From Halomicrobium mukohataei DSM 12286 (GTDB lineage: Archaea > Halobacteriota > Halobacteria > Halobacteriales > Haloarculaceae): a stretch of DNA of 32,000 bases. Made by a program: the position numbers and the translations under genes. The notes below the pieces were generated by a model that was given only the letters and a program-made list of their open reading frames with translations, had not been told where the DNA came from and did not search any database. The first letter of the stretch is position 1. Every line of letters starts with the position of its first letter. Below are positions 24,761-32,000 of this stretch, piece after piece. The DNA lies in assembly GCF_000023965.1 (NCBI RefSeq), contig NC_013202.1, forward strand, positions 360,001 to 392,000, in the 5' to 3' direction.

Positions 24761-25696
24761 ATGGCCGGGACCCACCCAACCGACACGCCCACCGAGGTGG
24801 GCCACCAGCGCAGTTGGCTCACCGGCCGTCTCGCGGCCTTCTGTCTCGCCAGCGCGGCGATCACAGTGTTCGCGGGGCTGCTACAGGTGAGCTTCGGCTC
24901 GTACTCGATGACGATCGCCGAGGCCTGGCGCTCGGTGTTCGACCCCTCGATCGTCTTCGACCCCGCCGTCTGGAACATCCGCCTGCCCCGCGTGCTCGTC
25001 GCCGTCGTCACCGGCGCGACGCTTGACGTCTCGGGTGCCATCTTTCAGGCGGTGGCCCGCAACGAACTCGCCAGCCCCTACATCCTGGGCGTCAGCTCCG
25101 GTGCGGGGCTGGCCGTCCTGCTGACGCTGGTCGTGTTCAGCGGCCTCACACCGTTCCTGCCGCTGATCGCGGCGGCCGGCGGGACCGTGGCGTTCGCGCT
25201 CGTCTACGCGATCGCCTGGAAAGGGGGGACCAGCCCGGTCCGGCTGGTACTTGCCGGCGTCATCGTCGGCACCGTCTTCCAGTCGCTCCAGACCGGCGTG
25301 TTCTTCTTCGCGGACGACCTCGTGGTCGTCCAGTCGGCGATCGCCTGGACGACCGGCTCGCTGACCGGCACCGACTGGGAGCAGGTGCGGCTGTCGATCG
25401 TCCCGGCGACGTTCGCGATCGTGCTCGCGCAGGCCGCCCGCTTCGCCGACAACCTCGTCGCGATGCGAGACGGCCAGCTGTACGACTGGGGCCCGCCCCG
25501 CGAGGTCGTCACCGAGCAGCTCCTCGCAGACGTGTTCGGCGTCGAGGCCCGCATCCAGCACGAACCGGAACTCCAGATCCTCCCCAGCGGGCTCTCTCGG
25601 AATGACCTAGCATCGATATTTCCGCGGCTTAATTTCTCAGATCTGGGGATTTATCCCCTGAATCGCTCTCATTCCGGCGTCGAACACACCAGTTAG
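24761..25696 (+). pseudogene. In-frame chimera: N-terminal two-thirds of a FecCD-type permease fused to the C-terminal tail of an iron-chelate ABC ATPase
   Basis: Residues 1 to about 222 are permease-like (RLPRVLVAVVTGATLDVSGAIFQAVARNELASPYILGVSSGAGLAV...). From about nt 25427 the same frame reads QAARFADNLVAMRDGQLYDWGPPREVVTEQLLADVFGVEARIQHEPELQILP, typical of FepC/FhuC C-termini. There is no Walker A/B or LSGGQ. The tail after about 25580 is lower GC and probably read-through. Confidence 0.65.
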
Positions 25697-25717
25697 ATTC
25701 GCAAACCTTTACTACTT

Positions 25718-25731
25718 TTAGGCTAGCCTAA
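25718..25731. promoter_or_regulatory. Perfect dyad operator candidate TTAGGC-TA-GCCTAA
   Basis: 6 nt upstream of the second binding-protein ATG (25738). Context CTTTTAGGCTAGCCTAAAAATTG. Confidence 0.6.
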
Positions 25732-25737
25732 AAATTG

Positions 25738-26925
25738 ATGACAGACGAATCACGCCGATCGCAGACACGACGGACCGTGCTGAAGACCGGGGCGACACTG
25801 AGCGTGGCCGCACTCGCCGGCTGCACCGAGTCGACCAGCGGTGGAGACGCTGACGAGAGCGCATCGACCACGACGGACGCGCCGGCCGACGCCACGACGA
25901 CCACGGACGCGGACGCCGAGACGACCGCCGACACCAGCTACTCGGTCTCGATGGAGCCGGTCGGGACCGTCGAGTTCGACGAAGTGCCGGAGACCTGGGT
26001 CGCCAACAACGGTAGCTGGGCCGACATGGGGATCGCGCTGGGCCAGCAGCCCCCCGAGGGCGTCTGGCTGCCCGGACGCTACCACACGCAGTACTACGAC
26101 GACATTCCCGGCGTCAGCGTCGACACAGACGAGATGACCGCGCTGTATCAGGACAGCGTCAGCAAAGAGCTGTTCTACACGCTGGATGGGGACGTACACG
26201 TCATCGATCCCAACTTCCTGCTAAATCGGTTCAAGGGCTGGGACCAGATCGATATCGACGAAGTCACCGACAACGTCGCGCCGTTCTTCGGCAACAGCAT
26301 CTTCTCCGGGGGCTACACCTGGCACGAGGACTACCAGTACTACAGCCTGTACGAGGCCTTCGAGAAGCTCGCGGCCGTGTTCCAGCAGCGGGACCGCTTC
26401 GAGGCATTCAGCGCGCTCCACGACGACTTTCAGTCCTCGATCGACGACGTCGTCCCGCCGGAGGGCGAACGGCCCGAAGTCGCCATTATGTGGGCGGGCA
26501 GCGACGAACCAACGGAGTTCTCGCCGTATCTCGTCAGTCGGGGAACGAGCTTCAAGCAGTGGCGCGACCTCGGCGTCCGCGACGCGCTGGCCGAAACCGA
26601 CGTGGAGGACTTCCACGAGAGCCGTGGCCGGATCGACTTCGAGACGCTGTTGAAGATCGATCCCGAGCACATCATGTTCCGCGGCCAGGAAGCAAAGAGC
26701 CGCGAGGCGTTCGAGGACACCATCCTCGCCTACATGGAGAACCACGAGGTTGCCAGCCAGCTCACTGCCGTCGAGAACGGCGACGTGTACCGCGGTGGTC
26801 CGCTGTACCAGGGTCCGATCACGAACCTCGTGCTCACCGAGCGAGCGGCCCACCAGGTCTACGACATCGACGAACAGCTGTTCGACCGCCAGCGCGTCGC
26901 GGACATCGTCAACGGCGAGTTCTGA
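25738..26925 (+). CDS. ABC transporter substrate-binding lipoprotein (iron-chelate/siderophore type), paralog of 23442..24659
   Basis: MTDESRRSQTRRTVLKTGATLSVAALAGC (Tat motif plus lipobox), Thr/Asp-rich linker, C-terminal ...LFDRQRVADIVNGEF. The listed start 25735 is a TTG one codon upstream. Confidence 0.8.
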   Translation: MTDESRRSQTRRTVLKTGATLSVAALAGCTESTSGGDADESASTTTDAPADATTTTDADAETTADTSYSVSMEPVGTVEFDEVPETWVANNGSWADMGIALGQQPPEGVWLPGRYHTQYYDDIPGVSVDTDEMTALYQDSVSKELFYTLDGDVHVIDPNFLLNRFKGWDQIDIDEVTDNVAPFFGNSIFSGGYTWHEDYQYYSLYEAFEKLAAVFQQRDRFEAFSALHDDFQSSIDDVVPPEGERPEVAIMWAGSDEPTEFSPYLVSRGTSFKQWRDLGVRDALAETDVEDFHESRGRIDFETLLKIDPEHIMFRGQEAKSREAFEDTILAYMENHEVASQLTAVENGDVYRGGPLYQGPITNLVLTERAAHQVYDIDEQLFDRQRVADIVNGEF

Positions 26926-27088
26926 CGGCCCCGGAGAGTAGCGACAATCACAGCACGAACGCGATGGCCAACAGGACGGTCGAAGCCGCGACGATACCCG
27001 AAGACAAGGTGCTGGGACATCTCTGTGAACCCGGTCGCCATGTCGGTGTGAAAATTCGCGAGGATATTCTGGAGAAGTAAGAGCGCCG

Positions 27089-28024
27089 TTACGAGAGGTT
27101 GTCGGCGACGGCAGCGAGACCGTCTTCGTGCGTCGAATACGTCGGCACCCAGTCAGTGGCTTCGCGGAACTGTTCGTTCGACGTCGGCATGGAACTGGTG
27201 AAAAACCGCACGTTGTCTTTGCCGACGAACAGTTTGGCGAGCCAGCCAGGGATGCGACTCGGCTCGCCAGCGTCGAGGTGCTCGGCGAAGGTCGTGAGGA
27301 AGTCGGCCACCGTGACCGGTTCGTCGTCGACGACGTGGTAGGTTCCTTCGAGACCGTCTTCGGCAGCGGCGACGAACGCGTTCGCGGCGTCGTCGATGTG
27401 TATCGGAGAGACGACGGCGTCTTTCCGTCCGAACAATCCGCCACCGACGATCGGCATGTCACCGCTTTCGAGGTTCTCCGCGATGGTTCTGGTCTGCTCG
27501 GAGTCGGCCGCGTAGAACCAGCCACACCGGAGGACCGTCGCGTCGAACGGGCCGTCCCGTGCCGCAGTCGTAGCGATGTCTTCCGCGTCGGCGGCCGACT
27601 CGGTCGTCCGATCCGTGTTTCTGGGTGCGGTTTCGTCGAACGGGGACCCGTCTGGCTGACGGGCGACCCAGACGATACTCTGCTGGACGTACTGGTCCGC
27701 ATCAACTTCTGCTGCCGCGGTGGTGAGATTCTCGACGCCTTCACGCCGGATCCGGTCGTTTTGCTCCCAGTCCGCTGGACTCGGTTTCGTTTCCGTGGGA
27801 ATCGCCGTTGCCGCGTGGATCACGACGTCCGCACCGGTCGCCCCGCTCACGAGCGAATCGACGTCGAAGAGGTCTCCTCGATGGGGCTGCCCGCCGCGCT
27901 CCCGTACGATCTCGTCACCCTCTTCGTCTCTGGTCAGTCCGACCACCGTGTGATCGTTTGCGGTAAACTGCTCGACGAGCCGTTTCCCGAGGTCGCCCGT
28001 CGCACCGGCGATGAACACGTCCAT
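27089..28024 (-). CDS. NAD(P)-binding epimerase/dehydratase-family (atypical SDR) protein
   Basis: 311-aa ORF. MDVFIAGATGDLGKRLV is a GxxGxxG Rossmann N-terminus. Confidence 0.85.
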   Translation of the reverse strand: MDVFIAGATGDLGKRLVEQFTANDHTVVGLTRDEEGDEIVRERGGQPHRGDLFDVDSLVSGATGADVVIHAATAIPTETKPSPADWEQNDRIRREGVENLTTAAAEVDADQYVQQSIVWVARQPDGSPFDETAPRNTDRTTESAADAEDIATTAARDGPFDATVLRCGWFYAADSEQTRTIAENLESGDMPIVGGGLFGRKDAVVSPIHIDDAANAFVAAAEDGLEGTYHVVDDEPVTVADFLTTFAEHLDAGEPSRIPGWLAKLFVGKDNVRFFTSSMPTSNEQFREATDWVPTYSTHEDGLAAVADNLS

Positions 28025-28497
28025 ACGGCGTGGAATGTAATGGGTGTAACATACAACTATCCATTCTAGTCTCCGCTGGAAAAATTTCGATCACTCCGTG
28101 TGCAGCTCGGCGGTGGACGCCGATTACGATTGCGACGCCGACGTTCCCCAGTTGAATTCCAGATACGCTACCGAGAGACGGCTGAGAGGGAGGGGCGCTC
28201 CTGGATCGTCGTCCGCCCCGCCGTATTGCCAGAACATCGACGGTCAGCGTCAGCTCGTCTCTGCGGGACTGTTCGTGCGACCACAGTCTCGAGACACACT
28301 CGACCCGATGGCGATCGAAACGATGTGGAGACTGCGACCGCCAGAATGCGACGACCTCCCTTCCAACATACGTGCTCCGATCGCCAAGTCACTGCATCGA
28401 GAAGGGGTTCGAGATGGCCGAGACGAACGTCGCACTGACGCTACAGCCGGCCGAGCCGATCGAGACGAGCGTCACACCACGGTAACTGTCCCGTGTG

Positions 28498-29445
28498 TCA
28501 GACGGCTGCCGCCGGCACCTCGAAGTCGTACTCGACGCCGGTCAGGTCCTCGGAGACGTGCCAGAGTCTGCTCGCCGTCGCCGCGTTGTACGAACGGGCG
28601 CTCGAATCCTGCACCGCGGGCGCACCGCGCATGTTCAGCAGTCCACCGGGGCCGACGTACTCGCCGCCGGAGATTCCGTCGTGGGTCGCCGCGTACAGCA
28701 TCGGGAGCGCCCCTCGGGCCGCCGACTGGGCGACGAGGGCGTTGGCGGCCTGTGCGATCACAGCACCGATCGCACCCGCCCCCGCCTCGCCGGCCCGTCG
28801 CTGGAGGTCGCTGTCGGCGTAGCCGGGGTGACAGACCGCACTCGTCACGTCGATTCCCGCCTCGTCGGCACGTCGGTCGAGTTCGTAGCCAAAGAGGACG
28901 TTCGCGAGTTTGCTCTGTGAGTAGGCCGACCACCGACCGTACGATCGCTCGCCCTGGAGGTCTTCGAAGTCGATCTCGCCGTTCTGGTGGGCACCGCTGG
29001 ACTGGGTGACGACGCGCGCGCCGTCGGTCGCGGCGAGCGCCTCCATCAGGTGGCCGGTCAGCGTGAAGTGACCCAGGTGGTTGATCCCGAGTTGCCGCTC
29101 GAAGCCGTCGGCGGTCTCACCACGGGGCAGCGCCATCACGCCCGCGTTGTTACAGAGCACGTGTAGCTCGCCGTATGCAGACGTAAACGCCTCGGCGAAG
29201 TCGGCGACGGTGTCGAGGTCGGCGAGGTCACACGCCATCACGTCGAGGTCGGCGTTGGCGACGCTGCGGTCGATCTCGCGCGCCGCGCGCTCCCCGCGCT
29301 CGGTCGAGCGACAGGCCATGACGACGGTCGCGCCCCGGCGGGCGAAGGCCTTCGTGGCCTCGTAGCCGATCCCGCTGTTCGCGCCAGTGACCACGACGGT
29401 TCGGTCGTCCAACGACGGCATGTCGCGTGCTGTCCAGTCAGTCAT
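28498..29445 (-). CDS. Short-chain dehydrogenase/reductase (classical SDR)
   Basis: Start at ATG 29445 (MTDWTARDMPSLDDRTVVVTGANSGIGYEATKAF). TGxxxGxG, NNAG, catalytic YSQSK. The listed extension to 29853 is antisense of aIF-1A. Confidence 0.9.
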   Translation of the reverse strand: MTDWTARDMPSLDDRTVVVTGANSGIGYEATKAFARRGATVVMACRSTERGERAAREIDRSVANADLDVMACDLADLDTVADFAEAFTSAYGELHVLCNNAGVMALPRGETADGFERQLGINHLGHFTLTGHLMEALAATDGARVVTQSSGAHQNGEIDFEDLQGERSYGRWSAYSQSKLANVLFGYELDRRADEAGIDVTSAVCHPGYADSDLQRRAGEAGAGAIGAVIAQAANALVAQSAARGALPMLYAATHDGISGGEYVGPGGLLNMRGAPAVQDSSARSYNAATASRLWHVSEDLTGVEYDFEVPAAAV

Positions 29446-29577
29446 CACTGTCGCTAGCGGGTCGCCACACAGAAAGGTGGTACCAAACGGCGCTGTCGAG
29501 TCGACCGACCAACGGCCCGTGTGACACGCTACCTCGTCTCGCCGAATAGTTATCCGTCTCGGGCTCATCCTTATGTT

Positions 29578-29862
29578 GTGAGCGAGAATTCCGGGCGTCG
29601 AAACCTTCGAATGCCCAACGACGACGAGCTGTTCGCCGTAGTGACAGAGCACAACGGCGGCAATCACGTACGCGTGCAGTGCGAGGACGGCAAGGAGCGC
29701 ATGGGCCGGATCCCCGGCCGCATGAAGTTCCGGACGTGGATCGAGACGGACGACGTGGTGCTGGTGGAGCCGTGGGACTGGCAGGACGAGAAGGCCAACA
29801 TCGAGTGGCGCTACACCAGTCAGGACGCCGACCAGCTGCGGTCGGAAGGCCACATTCAGTAA
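29578..29862 (+). CDS. eif1a: Translation initiation factor aIF-1A
   Basis: ...[75 protein letters not shown] is an S1-like OB fold of aIF-1A. I chose the GTG start at 29578 ([12 protein letters not shown]) because homologs begin a few residues before the GRRNLRMP motif. The start is uncertain. Confidence 0.85.
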   Translation: MSENSGRRNLRMPNDDELFAVVTEHNGGNHVRVQCEDGKERMGRIPGRMKFRTWIETDDVVLVEPWDWQDEKANIEWRYTSQDADQLRSEGHIQ

Positions 29863-29931
29863 CGCTTCTCTCGCAGATTTGCCGTACGTGCCTACGCCGA
29901 CGAGCGTGCGGGCTGTCGAAGTTATCCAGAC

Positions 29932-30228
29932 TCACCGATCAGTTGAACTCAGTTCGGCCTCACTCTCTGACAGCGGCCAGTATGACCTGAAGAATAAGAA
30001 ACCCCCGACCAGAAGGTAGCTAGCGGCACCGAACTCAACTGCCGACAAATGCCAGTGGACCAGCCACAGGGTTGCCCCAGACCCACCACCGACGATGATG
30101 CTGTCGATGACGGACTGAAGGGTGGTCGAGACAGTTCCAGCAGGCAAGATATCGTTAGTTTTCTTTCTTATTTTTTCATATCCGACTAAGATCACGGCCC
30201 AGAGCCCACCGACCCCGAACGCGCTCAT
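29932..30228 (-). CDS. Small membrane protein, lower GC than surroundings
   Basis: ATG 30228 (MSAFGVGGLWAVILVGY...); the listed GTG start is at 30240. Three hydrophobic segments. No motif recognised. Confidence 0.5.
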   Translation of the reverse strand: MSAFGVGGLWAVILVGYEKIRKKTNDILPAGTVSTTLQSVIDSIIVGGGSGATLWLVHWHLSAVEFGAASYLLVGGFLFFRSYWPLSESEAELSSTDR

Positions 30229-30236
30229 GGATTCGA

Positions 30237-30266
30237 TCACAGTTCTATTTGCTCACAGTTCTATTT
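30237..30266. repeat. Tandem direct repeat TCACAGTTCTATTT x2 (16-nt period)
   Basis: Identical 14-mers at 30237..30250 and 30253..30266, immediately upstream of or overlapping the start of the small membrane protein gene. Confidence 0.6.
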
Positions 30267-30343
30267 TGCCTGCCGGAAACGTATATCCATTTGTCTGACA
30301 GGCCGAAAATATCGTTCGAGCCGTGGTAGACAGTTTTTCTGGA

Positions 30344-32000
<1,657 letters not shown>

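Noticed and set aside
26964-27080. 38-aa + strand ORF (MANRTVEAATIPEDKVLGHLCEPGRHVGVKIREDILEK) between the binding protein and the epimerase gene
   Set aside because: It is short with mixed codon bias and no recognisable motif or signal. The evidence is insufficient to call it.
28186-28485. Stop-free + frame with Cys pairs (CSCDH, CGDCD, HC)
   Set aside because: There is no usable start codon before 28372/28414. The composition is Arg/Ser-rich and unlike the local proteome. I treat it as non-coding or a decayed gene.
29446-29853. Upstream 136 residues of the listed 451-aa SDR ORF
   Set aside because: It is antisense to aIF-1A. The SDR N-terminus MTDWTARDMPSLDDRTVVVTGANSGIG is complete from ATG 29445.

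Overview
High-GC (by eye well above 60%) haloarchaeal-type chromosomal segment: acidic proteins, twin-arginine lipoprotein signals, aIF-1A and bacterial-type MutS/MutL. I saw no rRNA, tRNA or CRISPR. Left to right: a truncated HExxH secreted protein, mutS, a GNAT, two metallophosphoesterases, DoxX and small membrane proteins, htpX, mutL, a KDG-kinase-like PfkB kinase, a beta-CASP RNase, a translationally coupled pair of Tat lipoproteins and a cupin. Next comes a roughly 2.1-kb low-GC island (16157..18263) bracketed by imperfect 27/28-bp inverted repeats; it holds two decayed transposase genes (IS6-like, IS1595-like) and an orphan polytopic membrane protein. Then comes an iron-related cluster (about 19.7-26.9 kb): a CoA-disulfide-reductase-like flavoprotein, a Rieske protein, a short DtxR-like regulator preceded by an unlisted 53-aa CxxC ORF, dpsA, a ribbon-helix-helix mini-protein, a truncated TrxR-like flavoprotein, two paralogous iron-chelate-type binding lipoproteins, and an in-frame permease::ATPase chimera that looks like a deletion scar. 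Eight copies of the dyad TTAGGC-N2-GCCTAA mark the promoters of this cluster; I read them as the operator of a local iron regulon, and this is the most interesting signal in the window. The right end carries two SDR-type oxidoreductases, aIF-1A, a lower-GC small membrane protein and a truncated ABC exporter. Most long Arg/Pro/Ser-rich ORFs in the six-frame track are antisense or off-frame artefacts of the high GC content. Several real small genes (53-54 aa) and the edge-truncated first gene are missing from the track.
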